This document shows positions 24,887-38,167 of a stretch of DNA of 64,000 nucleotides, in pieces. This DNA is from Octopus vulgaris. Lineage: Eukaryota. Position 1 is the first letter of the stretch. Each line of letters begins with the position of its first letter. The notes beneath the pieces are model-generated. The model did no database searches and was not told where the DNA came from. It saw only the letters and a program-made list of their open reading frames with translations. The position numbers were made by a program, and so were the translations under genes. Location of the stretch: NCBI GenBank assembly GCA_951406725.2, contig OX597828.1, positions 34,038,001 to 34,102,000 on the forward strand. Reading direction: 5' to 3'.

Positions 24887-25399
24887 TTCTATGTAATCTC
24901 AAGGTTTAAAACAAACATAATTTTTTGGTTTTTTTTTTTTTTAGACATTCACTAGTACAACACCAAAAAAAAAAAAAAAACCAAATATATGGCACACTAG
25001 GTATAACAACAACATGAACTTCCAACCTGTTGTCTCTTGAGGTTTCTGGGTGAGACTTGGAGCCAACTTGTACAAATATAAAGCAAAAGTCAAACATAGA
25101 ATAATAATAAAAATAATAATAATCCTTTCTACTATAGGCACAAAGCCTGAAATTTGCGGGGCGGAGTTAAACCAATTATATCAACCCCAGTACTCAACTG
25201 GTACTTAATTTATTGACCCTGAAAGGATGAAAGGCAAAGTCAACATTGGTGGTGGAATTTGAACTCAGAATGTAGTGGCAAATGAAATACCACTAAGCAC
25301 TTAGTCCAGTGTGCTGCCGATTCTACCGACCAACCACCTTCATAATAATAATAACGATGATGATGATGATGATGGTAATAATAATAATAAGAAGAAGAA

Positions 25400-25830
25400 T
25401 TTAAGGAAAAGCAAAGTTACTTCCTCATCGATTCCTCGTGACCATTTAATTCCAAGATCATAAAGAAAGTGGTAGAAAAAAAAATACAATCCTTTAAAAT
25501 ATGAAATAACAAGAATTTGCAGCATGCAAACAGTAATGGCCATGTCTATAGTAATTGGTGTGTTGGGAAAAATTAGCAAAAATATAGACAAATTGTCGAA
25601 GGAGATTGAAACAGAATGACCGGTAGAGCTCCTAGAAATAGAAATGCCCAGCAAAGCTCCTACAGAAAGTTTGTCTCTTAGGGACAGCAAGGATTATTAA
25701 GAGGGTTCTATGCACTTGAAAGACTGCGGAAGAGTTGTAGAATCTTAAGGTTACAGGTAGTAATCTGCTACCCACACAAATCCTACCAGTAATAAGACAG
25801 AACCTGAGTCAAACCAAAATAACAACAACA
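25400..25830 (+). mobile_element. Decayed 3' end of an R4/Dong-type LINE
   Basis: KKKYNPLKYEITRI...SIVIGVLGKI...LLQKVCLLGTARIIKRVL, flanked by (TAA)/(CAA) repeats. Confidence 0.6.
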
Positions 25831-27114
25831 ACAGCAATAATAATTTTAGGGTAGAGTTTGAGTTGATTGCACCGACTGCAGAGCTCACCTGGTTCTTATT
25901 GACCAGAAAAGGATGAAAGGTAAAGTTGCCATTGGTGGAATTTGAACTCGGAATGTTAAGACAGACAAAATGACTCTAAATATCAACCAATTTGAGAGGA
26001 AGAATCACAGTTTAGTCCGTTGTCCCAGATTACAATTAGATGATTTGGTGCAGATGACTGGACATTCAGCCAGTTTTGGTGGCAGGGCAGTTCTTTTTGG
26101 CACTGGAGGCAAACACACACATATGCACACGCAGAAATATATGCATAGAGAGAGAGAGATACTAGGAGAGAAGAAGATAGAGGGAAGGAGAAAACGACCA
26201 CTATCGTCGTCATCATTGTTTAACGTTTGCCTTGGGTTGAACGGTTTGACAGGGGCTGGCAAGGCAGGAGACTGCACCAGACTTCTGTGTCTTGTCTTGG
26301 CATGATTTTTACAGCTGGATGCCCTTCCTAACACCAACCACCCACCAGAGTGGATGTTACAATTTATTAACTGTAGACAGACATAAACATTTCCCTTTCC
26401 TCATACACATAAAAGGGAAACCTACCCACACACATAAACAGTGTGAGGGATGGGAGGGAGAGAGAGAGAGAGAGAGGACGAGAGAAACATTAAAATGTCT
26501 GATTTCAAATAAGTCAGCATCGAACACCAGAGCTAAATAAACAGGACCAAAATGGCTGTGTCAAAGCATTTCATATCCAAGACAGAGTTCTCATCTGTCC
26601 TATTTCTCACTACTGCTTTTCAACAGAATTTAAGGTAAGTATATCTTGCATTCTGATCAATAAAGCTGCTTAATTTAAACCTATTTCATAATTTCTATAA
26701 TAAAATCACACACCTTTTAGATAACAATATGTAACATCACAATGAATGAGGTTATCTAAAGTTATTAAGTGTTTGGAGGAGGTTGACTGTGATAGTGACC
26801 CTCTGGACTGATTCAGTCATTTGGTCATGTATCACGGTTGAACATAGCCTAACGATGTCATATCTATATTTATGCTGATAAATGATAATCACGTACAGCA
26901 TTGCTTATTTCATAAATACATCTAGGAACCAGCACGGCTGTCTGGTTAAGAAGTTCACCTCCCAAGTATGTGGCTTGGAGTTCAGTCTCACTGCATGGCT
27001 CCCAATTTGGACAATGTGTCATCTGTTATAGCCGCAGTCGATCAAAGCCCCATGGGTAAATTTAGTAGAAGGAAACTGAAAGAAGCCTCTCATATACATG
27101 TGTATGTATATAAG

Positions 27115-27180
<66 letters not shown>

Positions 27181-27502
27181 CAGTGGAACCTCAGTTTTCA
27201 AACACCTCTCATAATAAAGAAATCAGTTTACGAACAATTTTTTTAAGATGAAACATCTCGGGTGATGAACAGTGTCTCAAGTAATGGACATGCAAGCTGG
27301 CAATAACAGTCGGTGATGAACTGGGGGTATTAACAGGAGACCATAAGTTACTGTCTGGCTTTTTCTCAGTGCACATCCCTGCTTGAATTCATTGTGCATT
27401 CTTTTGAATTTACCCAAAGTGTGAAAAATAGCTTCAGTTTATGAATATTTTGGATGGCAAACAGCCTTTAGGAAAGAATGAAATTCATAGACCATGGTTC
27501 CA

Positions 27503-27505
<3 letters not shown>
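27181..27505. mobile_element. Tigger/pogo-like MITE
   Basis: Terminal inverted repeat cagtggaacc / ggttccactg; TA TSD is degenerate. Confidence 0.5.
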
Positions 27506-27544
<39 letters not shown>

Positions 27545-27737
27545 GCCATGATAGCTTGCTAGCCACTAAACCTTTTTCTATTTTCTCTCCCTGTTTATTT
27601 CTGCATTCCTTTCTGTTGAAGAGCGTAGGCTCGAAACGTAAAAGACTTTCTCACTTCCCGAAAGTTAAATTAATACATCTGTTTGTTGTTTACACACCAG
27701 TCTTCGTCTTTTGTATTTTTGTTTTTTTTTGTAAATC

Positions 27738-27789
<52 letters not shown>

Positions 27790-27995
27790 ACCGCGTGTGT
27801 ACCGTTGGCCATTTTTTTTTTCCATTGTCTTCCTTTCCTTGGACCTTTCCTTTTCCTATGTTTCTGACGAAGAGCTCCGCTCGAAACATTAAACCCTCCT
27901 TCTTTCCTTCTTTCCTGAGCGTCCAATAATACTATACTTGTTCCACGTCCTCGCATTGTTGTGTTTTCTCTTTGTGTTTTCATGTTTGGATTAAC
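27545..27995 (+). mobile_element. Two short (TA)n-embedded Penelope-LTR-like modules, each with a minimal hammerhead-like motif (27609-27644, 27860-27894)
   Basis: cuuu CUGUUGA a gagc-guag-gcuc GAAAC GUA aaag and guuu CUGACGA a gagc-ucc-gcuc GAAAC AUU aaac. Sister copies at 32720-32910(-), 33820-34010, 60620-60780 and 61390-61570(-). Confidence 0.6.
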
Positions 27996-28011
27996 TATAT
28001 ATATATATATG

Positions 28012-28960
28012 TACCTTGAGAGAAAAGTTGAACCTAAGAAGCATCAGTTGTGGTGTGCAAGAGAGACAGCTGCGCTGGTATGGTCATGTGACGAGAATGG
28101 CTGAAAATAGTTGTGTGCAAAAGTGCTACACCCTAGCAGTTGAGGGAACCTGTGGAAGAGGTAGACCCAGGAAAACCTGGGACGAGGTGGTGAAGTACGA
28201 CCTTCGAACATTAGGTCTCACCAAGGAAATGACTAGAGACCGAGACCTATGGAAGTATGCTGTGCGTGAGAAGACTCGGCAAGACTAGTGAGGCCATAAC
28301 CCGTGGCTCCTACTTGGGACGTAGTCAGTCCACCTGTGCATACCTTCCTTCTTGTGACACTTGTGAAGACCTGTTGAGGCAAGTGAAAACCAAAAACCAA
28401 ATCAAAATAGATGAACATCAATGGAATTTGTATCTTTTTGGTACCAGTGCCGGTGGCACATAAGAAAACCATCCGAACATGGCCGTAGCCAGTACCGCAT
28501 CGACTGGCCTCCGTGCTGTGGGCACGTAACAAACACCATCCGATCGTGGCCGTTCACCAGCCTTGTCTGGCACCTGTGTCGGTGGCACATAAAAAACACC
28601 ATCCGAGCGTGGCCGTCTGCCAGCCTCATCTGGCACCTGTGTCGGTGGCACATAAAAAACACCATCCGAGCGTGGCCGTTCGCCAGCCTCATCTGGCACC
28701 TGTGTCGGTGGCACATAAAAAATACCATCCGAGCGTGGCCGTTCGCCAGCCTTGTCTGGCACCTGTGTCGGTGGCACATAAAATCACCCACTACACTCTC
28801 AGAGTGGTTGGCGTTAGGAAGGGCATCCAGCTGTAGAAACACTGCCAGATCTGACTGGCCTGGTGCAGCCTTCGGGCTCCCCAGACCCCAGTGGAACCGT
28901 CCAACCCATGCTAGCATGGAAAGCGGACGTTAAACGATGATGATGATGATGATGATGATG
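28012..28960 (+). mobile_element. RTE-clade LINE 3' fragment with a 63-bp tandem repeat in the 3' UTR
   Basis: LRWYGHVTRM..GRGRPRKTWDEVVKYDLR. ggtggcacat recurs at 28581, 28644, 28707 and 28770. (GAT)n tail. Confidence 0.88.
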
Positions 28961-30469
28961 TATGTATATATATATATGTATATATATATGTATGCATATA
29001 TATATATATATATATATATATGTATCTATATCTATATCTATATCTATCTATCTATCTATATATCTATCTATCTATCTGTCTGTCTGTATGTATGTATGTA
29101 TGTATGTATGTATGTATGTATGTATGTATGTATGTATGTATACATACATACATCGAGCTTCTTTCAGTTTCTGTCCATCAAATCCACTCAGAAGGCTTTG
29201 GTTGGGCCAAGGCTATAGCAGAAGATATTTGCCCAAGGTGCCATGTAGTGGGACTGAACCCGGAACCATGTGGTTGCGAAACAAGTTTCTTACCACACAG
29301 CCACACCTATGCCTATATATCATTTCTGTTTTAGGTCTTATAAGCCCTTACTGTTTAGTTTGAAATTTCATAATTTCATAAACTTTTTCAAGAGATTCTC
29401 AGCCCTTTATCAACTGATATTATATCATGATCCCAGTTTATGGAATGGTAAGCTGCCAGAATCTTCACCATGCTGGATAGCAGTATTTCTTTCTGGCTTT
29501 ATATTCTGAATTCAAATGCCATGAGGTTGACTTTGCTTTTATGCTTCCAGGGTCGATAAATAAGTACCAGTTGCAGGTTGATAAATAAGTACCAATCGAC
29601 TTAATCCCTTTCTCATTTTGAACTCTAACACATTTCTAACAGAATACACCTCAACTGATATATATATATATATATATATTTATGTATATATTATCCGAAA
29701 TGTACCATATTATATGTCCATGATGGTTGATTTTACCAACTGGTTTTGTACAGCCAATACAATGGAGTGTTAAGTAACAATCCAATTATATAACCTTATA
29801 CTCATCAGAGTTAGCTGATCTGGAAGGGAATTTGGCAACAGTTATATGAGTGCATCTTTGCCCTCCCTGATTTATGGTCCCTTAGACAACTCACACGCAT
29901 ACATACGCATACATATATACATACATTTACATTTAGCCCCGTGTGGGCAATAAAGAAATAAATAAGTACCAGTTGAATACTGGGGTTGACTTAATCAACA
30001 AGCCCCCTCTCCACAAAGTTTCAGGCCTTGTGGCAATTATAGAAAGAAAACAATGTGATCTCAGATTTTTGTTATGAGCCCAGTTGCCTGCCATTGCTTT
30101 TATTCCGAGAGAATAATGTTATTTATCATTGACGATTTTGTCATCACTGGATTTAAAATTTTTGTTCTTATCTCAAAGTCTCTTTCAGCAATCAGTAAAT
30201 GTTTCTAGTTTTTTTTTTTTTCTTTTACAAGTCTGCTATATCTGGATGTTAATTTCCGATGTGTCTTTTGCTATCAGTTAAAGCTTATGTTCCTAATCTT
30301 CTTATTTTTAAAAGTTTTTTTTTATTTGTGAAATTTAATGACATGTTGCGACGATAGCTCTTTGCTGTAAATGTATGCTTAGAGGTTTAGAAAGTGTTAT
30401 ATTTGTGTGTGTGTATGTGTGTGTGTGTGTGTATGTGTGTGTGTGTGTGTGTGCATGGATGCATATATA

Positions 30470-30765
<296 letters not shown>

Positions 30766-31078
30766 CCTTTTCACATCCACTTTCCCATGCTTGCATGGGT
30801 TGGATAGAGATTATTGAGATATTTTCAACAGATGAGGGTTGGCAACAGGAGTGGACATGGGTATCTGGCTGCAGAAAGCATGCCTTTCCTGTTGCCAACC
30901 CTTGTCTATTTTGCTAAGCAAGGTGATATCTCCTCATGACCAGACATATTCTTATACAATAGCGGAAATGAATGACACCACTTGTATGACGGGGACAATC
31001 ACAACAATCATACAGTTTCAAGATAAGGACACACAGACATATACACACTCACACCTGCTTACACATACATTATATTTA

Positions 31079-31176
<98 letters not shown>

Positions 31177-31369
31177 TTTCAGCAGACTCAAAGTTAGATC
31201 TGCTGAAATGAACTGATGACCCTACATGTAACATCAAAAAAGGTACATCCTTTTTCCTCTGATGTAATTATACTCATCTCATATAAATGTAAATTTAATG
31301 TACAAATTTGTAATTAAATTATTGAGTATTAATTGAAACAGCTGTAAGAAGCGAAAATGACCAATTCGT

Positions 31370-31662
31370 TAATTATTATTATTATTGTTTGACCGTGGTC
31401 GAGACAATGGAATTTACCATGCTACGCCAGACTTCATGGTCCATCATGGCATTATGGAGGTCCTGTTGCTGGATGCCTGTATCCCTGGAGATTACATCAG
31501 GGTAGGAGAGTGTGTGCCCTCTGGTATTGCGAGTAGATGGCTTCCAGAGGAGAAGAGTAGAAATTACTTCTTTTCCAGCTCTACAACAATGTCCAGCAAA
31601 CTGGACTCTCCTACCTTTCACAAGAGATGACACAGGTGGTAGTTTCCCATATATTTGCATTT
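31370..31662 (-). mobile_element. 3' fragment of a second RTE-like LINE family with (TAA)n tail
   Basis: IYGKLPPVSSLVKGRRVQFAGHCCR..LLLWKP..AMMDHEVWR* followed by taataataa. Confidence 0.7.
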
Positions 31663-32169
31663 TGGTTGGAGCTCAAAATTCGTTAATAATAAATAATTAT
31701 TAACTTCCTTATCTCCATTTTCTTTTCTTTTCTTCTCTTAAATGGATATAAACTATATGTTTAATATATACCTATTGTTTTAAGGGAATTCTATTCCCTA
31801 AAAACACTAGGTATTGAACCAGTATTTCCTTGAATGCAACCATCCCTTCACGAGGTTAACATATACTCTAATTAAATATACATATATATGTATATATATG
31901 CATACACACACACACACACGATGGGCCTCTTTCAGTTTCTGTCTAATAGACACACTCACAAGGCTTTGACTGGCCTGGCTGTGTGGTAAATAGGTGTAGG
32001 AGTGGCTGTGAGGTAAGTAGCTTGCTTATGAACCACATGGTTCCAGGTTCAGTCCCACTGCGTGGCACCTTGGGCAAGTATCTTCCACTATAGTCTCGGA
32101 CCAACCAAAGCCTTGTGAGTGGATTTGGTAGATGGAAACTGAAAGAAGGCAGTCGTATATATGTGTATA

Positions 32170-32222
<53 letters not shown>

Positions 32223-32614
32223 GTTTGTGTATCTGTGATTGTGTCCCCAATATTGCTGACAACTGATGCTGGTGTGATTACGTCCCCGTAACTTAGCAGT
32301 TTGACTGACAGAATAAGTACTAGGCTTACAAAGAATAAGTCCTGGGGTCGATTTGCTTAACTAAAGGTGGTGCTCCATCATAGCCACAGTCAAATGACTG
32401 AAACAAATAAAAGAGTATAAAAGAATATATATATATATATATATATATTCCTTTAGATTTTTTCTTAGGCTCCAAATTTCAAAGACTTCTTCCATTCTTC
32501 CATAGTGTTAAACTAACACACTGTATCTGTTGTTTCCTCATCTATCTCTGTCTTTTGCTTTTTGCTTTTTGCAACATTTTGAACTATATATATATACATA
32601 CACACACATCCATA

Positions 32615-32659
<45 letters not shown>

Positions 32660-33071
32660 ACATACATATACATACATGCAATACACACACACAAACACAC
32701 ACATATATGTGTGTGTGTATAGTGAGAATTTACAAAAAAACAAAAGATGAAGACAGGTGTGTAAACAACAAACAGATGTATTAGTTTAATGCTTGAGAAG
32801 TGAGAAAGTCTTTTATGTTTCGAGACTATGCTCTTCGACAGAAAGGAATGCAGAAATAAGAAGAGAGAGAAAATAAAAAAGGTTTAGTAGCTAGCGATGT
32901 ATCATGACAAATATATATATGTATATGTATATATATATATTGGCCTGCTCGCTTAGCCAGCAGGGTGGCGTCATTCGAAGGCTAAAACAATGCGAACGCA
33001 TTGTGACCAGTGATGTGTCACAACATTTGATGGTCTGGTCAGTCACGTGATCACGTGATATATATATATAC

Positions 33072-33168
<97 letters not shown>

Positions 33169-33170
<2 letters not shown>

Positions 33171-33555
33171 CGCAGGAGTGGCTGTGTGGTAAGTAGCTTG
33201 CTAACCAACCACATGGTTCCGGGTTCAGTCCCATTGCGTGGCATCTTGGGCAAGTGTCTTCTGCTATAGCCCCGGGCTGACCAATGCCTTGTGAGTCGAT
33301 TTGGTAGACGGAAACTGAAAGAAGCCTGTCGTACATATGTATATATATGTATGTGTGTCTGTGTTTGTCCCCCTAGCATTGCTTGACAGCCGATGCTGGT
33401 GTGTTTACGTCCCTGTCACTTAGCGGTTCGGCAAAAGCGACCGATAGAATAAGTACTGGGCTTACAAAGAATAAGTCCCGGGGTCGATTTGCTTGAGTAA
33501 AGGCGGTGCTCCAGCATGGCTGCAATCAAACGACTGAAACCAATAAAAGAGAAAA
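33169..33555 (+). mobile_element. SINE family A, near full-length
   Basis: ggcgcaggagtggctgtgtggtaag...gggttcagtccc...internal (TA/TG)n...gactgaaac..taaaaga. Also at 31994-32425, 37450-37848, 40056-40486(-) and 56151-56548. Confidence 0.8.
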
Positions 33556-34004
33556 AAAAGAGAGCAATATATATGTATGTATGTATGAGAGGAATTGGTA
33601 TGCAGAAGACCCAAGATAGGTCTTAACTCTCTCATTTCTCTCTAATGAATGGATATCCCTAATATCCCAGAAACTTAAATAAAAGTCCTATAAATTCCAC
33701 ACAGCTTTGGTTTTGTCATCTCATTTTATTTAATAGACACACATATATATATGTACGTATTTTACATATATACATACATACATTTATATATAAATGCAAC
33801 AACATGTAAATCATTAGTGATTTCCTTCCTCCGCCTTCCTTTTCTATTGAACTTTTCTCTGTTTCTGAAGATGAGCTTTACTCAGAACATTAAACCATCT
33901 TTATTTTCTTCCTTGAGCGTTTGTTAATACATTGCATGTACAACATCCTTACATTGTTTTTTTTGTGTGTGTTTGTTCATCGTTTTTTTTGGATTTACTC
34001 TTTT

Positions 34005-34051
<47 letters not shown>

Positions 34052-34656
34052 AATTGAGATAGAGGTTGCAAATTCAACCCTCCATGGGATAACATATATC
34101 CAATATACTGCTAGTGAAGTACCCAACAAAATTAATACATAAATGTTAAGAATTGCGATGCAATTAATTCATTTACTGTATTACATGGGCAAAGGTAAAA
34201 TTATTTTTTGATTTTGTATATATATATATATATAGGTGCTGAACCCTATTTATAAAGTATTTCTTAAGCTTACCATGAAATGGTCCTTTTCATGCCGAAT
34301 TCTACTTGGGGAAATTACTGATTACTTCTTAATTAATTGATTTCACCCTTTGTTATTATATATATCTTGGACTCTCCTGTCATTAGATGACATATGAGGA
34401 TTCGGTAATTTTTGCCGAACAACCACAATGATTTGTTTGTTGTGATCAAATGCTTGTGTACACATAAGCTCACTCTCTCCATCAAATTAACATTACCTGT
34501 ACAGGTGCACCATGTGCCACATGTCAGATGACAAAATGATAGTAATGTAAAGTGAAATACTTTGCCCAAGAACACAATGCAACACCTGATCTGGGAATCA
34601 AACCCATGATCTTGCAATTGTGAGTGCAACACCCTAACCATTAAGCCATGTGCCTT

Positions 34657-34692
<36 letters not shown>

Positions 34693-34711
34693 CATATATA
34701 TACATATATAC

Positions 34712-35232
34712 ATATTGACAAAAGACCGAGACCTCTGGAGATATGCTGTGATTGCGAAGACCTGACAAATAAAGCGAGTTCATGGCTGTATCCTACACCA
34801 GCTTCACACAACCAGTCCCAGCCCATTCAAAGTACTTTGGATTGCAGAACAGCCTGCTGTGCTTACCTTAGATCGTGGGGTGACCTGCTTTGCTTGAGGA
34901 GAACTATTGTGTCAAGTACATCAACATCAAAATAAAAATCAAATGGAAATTGTAGTTGTGATACCCGTGCCGGTGGCACATAAAAAGCATCAACTGATCG
35001 TGGCTGTTGCCAGCCTCCTCTGGCCCCTGTGCCAGTGGAATGTAAAAAGCACCCACTACACTCACAGAGTGGTTGGCATCAGGAAGGGCATTCAGCTGTA
35101 GAAACACTGCCAGATCAGACTGGAGCCTGGTGCAGCCTCCTGGCTTCCCAGACCCTGGTTGAACCATCCAACCCATGCTAGCAGAAAAACGGATGTTAAA
35201 CAATGGCAATGATGATGATGATGATGATGATG
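34712..35232 (+). mobile_element. RTE LINE extreme 3' fragment
   Basis: Collinear with the reverse complement of 22376-22810; (GAT)n tail. Confidence 0.75.
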
Positions 35233-35702
35233 ATATATATATATATATATGCACTCACACAAAGGTTTCTGTCTGCCAAATTCTTTCACAAGATTTCTGG
35301 GTTTAGAAGAGGTAAGTGGGAGGCAACAAGTACATCAGTGTTAGGTGTAGAAAGCAAGCCCAAAAGGGGTCTATGACTACCTGGTGTCCACCTCTCCAAA
35401 AAAAAAAAAATTAAAAAAAGAGTAATATGCCCTTACAACTGAACCTTTGAATTTTAAGAGGGCCATTTCCTCTTCCAGGGCCTGAAGGGAGTTACTTTCT
35501 ACTTTGCTAAATTAATCAAAGAACCTCTGACTATATATTTTCCTGCTTGTATACACTTGCATATATACACATGCTTCTACACACACACACACATGTGTGT
35601 GTGCGTATGTATATATATATATATATATATATCTTCCAAATCATGCCAGCATGGAAAACGGATGTTAAACGATGATGATGATCATCATCATGATATATAT
35701 GT

Positions 35703-35755
<53 letters not shown>

Positions 35756-36276
35756 CATATGTGTGTGTGTGTGTGTGTGTGTTAAATAAAATGAAACAAC
35801 AAAGCCATATTTAACATATACATGCTCATACAAGACCCATATTAGACTCCTCGCTTATATTATTGTTCCGAGAATTTAACTACGGTCCTTCCAAAGCACT
35901 TATATAGCTTTACCTGCCACCTTGGGTCTTCTGGATACCAACACTTCTCATATATAAAGGTATCATGAAAGGCCTGATTTGATGCGCCACCTCTGAGGTC
36001 TTTTACAGAGCTTAGAAAAACTGAAGGACCAATGAAATAAGAACCTGAATCTGAGAGAGGGATGTGTAGGATAAAGCCGTAATAAACTGATCCTCCTGTA
36101 TTTTCTTTTACCCAAAACCAGGAACTTTTCGGCACCCACTTGTATAAATATACAGACATATACATACATACATTCATTTACACACACACACATACACACA
36201 CACACATGTATGTATGTATATGTGTGTGTGTGAGCGTCTGTGTATGTGTGTGTACGTATATATGTATATGTACATA

Positions 36277-36505
36277 GGCGGCGAGCTGGCAGAAACGTTA
36301 GCGCGCCGGACGAAATGCTTAGCGGTATTTCGTCTGTTGTTACGTTCCGAGTTCAAATTCCGCCGGGGTTGACTTTGTCTTTCATCCTCTCGGGGGTCAA
36401 TAAATAAAGTACCAGTTTCGCTCTGGGTCGATATAATCGACTTAATCCCTTTGTCTGTCCTTGTTTGTCCCCTCTGTGTTTAGCCCCTTGTGGGTAGTAA
36501 AGAAA
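36277..36505 (+). mobile_element. tRNA-derived SINE family B, full-length
   Basis: ggcggcgagctggcagaaacgttagc..gagttcaaattcc (B-box)..ctttcatcc..gtcaataaataaagtaccag. The central part resembles the Meta-SINE domain (from memory). Also at 54489-54701. Confidence 0.8.
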
Positions 36506-37407
36506 TGTATATATGTATACGTATATAAGAGAGTAAGAGAGAGAGAGAGAGAGAGGGAGATATACAGGTATATCAAATGCCTTACAAGGTAAATTTTTGA
36601 TTTATTAAAATTATCACTGTCCTGCCTCTAGTGGATGCAACACTACTCCTACATGGCAACTGGGACCAGCTTTATATTAGAAGGGGAGCTAATTTTAAGA
36701 ATCAAGAATTCTTCAAAGTTGACATGCCATTAAGGAAAAGGCTTATTGTCATGAGATAAGCAAATATTCATGAACATGTGTTTCTACCTCAAACGGTATC
36801 ATCAGCATAGCAATTGAACCGACAAACCTCTCTCCAGCAGCCACAAGGCATAAGCAGATACAAAAGGAATAAAAAACATTTATGACAAAGTTATTTTGCA
36901 TTTGTTGAACTGAAAATAAGTCAGAGTAGACAAAGAGCTACTCATAGTTTCTTGCTAAGAAGACACCTGGCAAGACAGGCTTTTATGGCGTGCCCTGTGT
37001 CTTGATAGGAAGAAACTATTTGTAATTCTCGTCTTAGTTTTATATTCTGTACATTAAATGATATTTCCTTCTCACTGGATGGAGTACATTTTTGTTGATC
37101 TTACCTTAATGGAACAATAGACTATATATGATGGCTGTCCACTCGTGACAGAGGAAGACCATTGGTGACTTTTAGGAACATTGTGCGCTCCAGGACTGAC
37201 TTATATTTTGCATTTACAGCTCCATTGGTGGCTAATGAGCCCTGCTCTTGACAAGCATACACGACTGCAAACATTGCAAACCAAGCTTTCCCCATTCACT
37301 ACAACAGAATACATGCTCTTTCAAAGGTGTCGATACCCCCACCTTCCTCCATCTGTGTGTATATATACATATATATATATGTGTGTGTATATATATGCAC
37401 ATACACA

Positions 37408-37448
<41 letters not shown>

Positions 37449-37560
37449 CTGAGTTGAAAGAATCTTGCATCCCAACCACAGGGTTCTGTGTTCAGTCCCA
37501 CTGTGAGCACCTTGGGCAAGTGTCTTCTGCTATAGCCTTGGGCCAACTGAAAGAAGCCCG

Positions 37561-37628
<68 letters not shown>

Positions 37629-37846
37629 GTATATATTTGTGTGTCTGTGTTTGTTTCTCCACCATTGCTTGACAACCGATGTTGGTGTGTTTACATCCCC
37701 ATAACTTAGCAGTTTGGCAAAACAGACCGATAGAATAAGTACTAGGCTTACAAAGAGTAAGCACAGGGATTAATTTGTTCGACTAAAGGTGGTGCCCCAG
37801 CATGTTTGCAGCCAAATGACTGAAACAAGTAAAAGAATAAAAGAAA

Positions 37847-38035
<189 letters not shown>

Positions 38036-38115
38036 AATTCAAATTCGGAATAGCTGAAGTTTAGCATCATGCTTGAAACTTGGAGTACCAACAAATTTGA
38101 ATAAAACTGCTCTGA

Positions 38116-38167
<52 letters not shown>

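Noticed and set aside
26552-26634. Plus-strand exon MAVSKHF...NL with gtaagt donor
   Set aside because: No compatible downstream exon or recognisable protein was found.
36277-36365. tRNA gene
   Set aside because: A/B-box-like motifs belong to a multi-copy SINE head and there is no complete cloverleaf.
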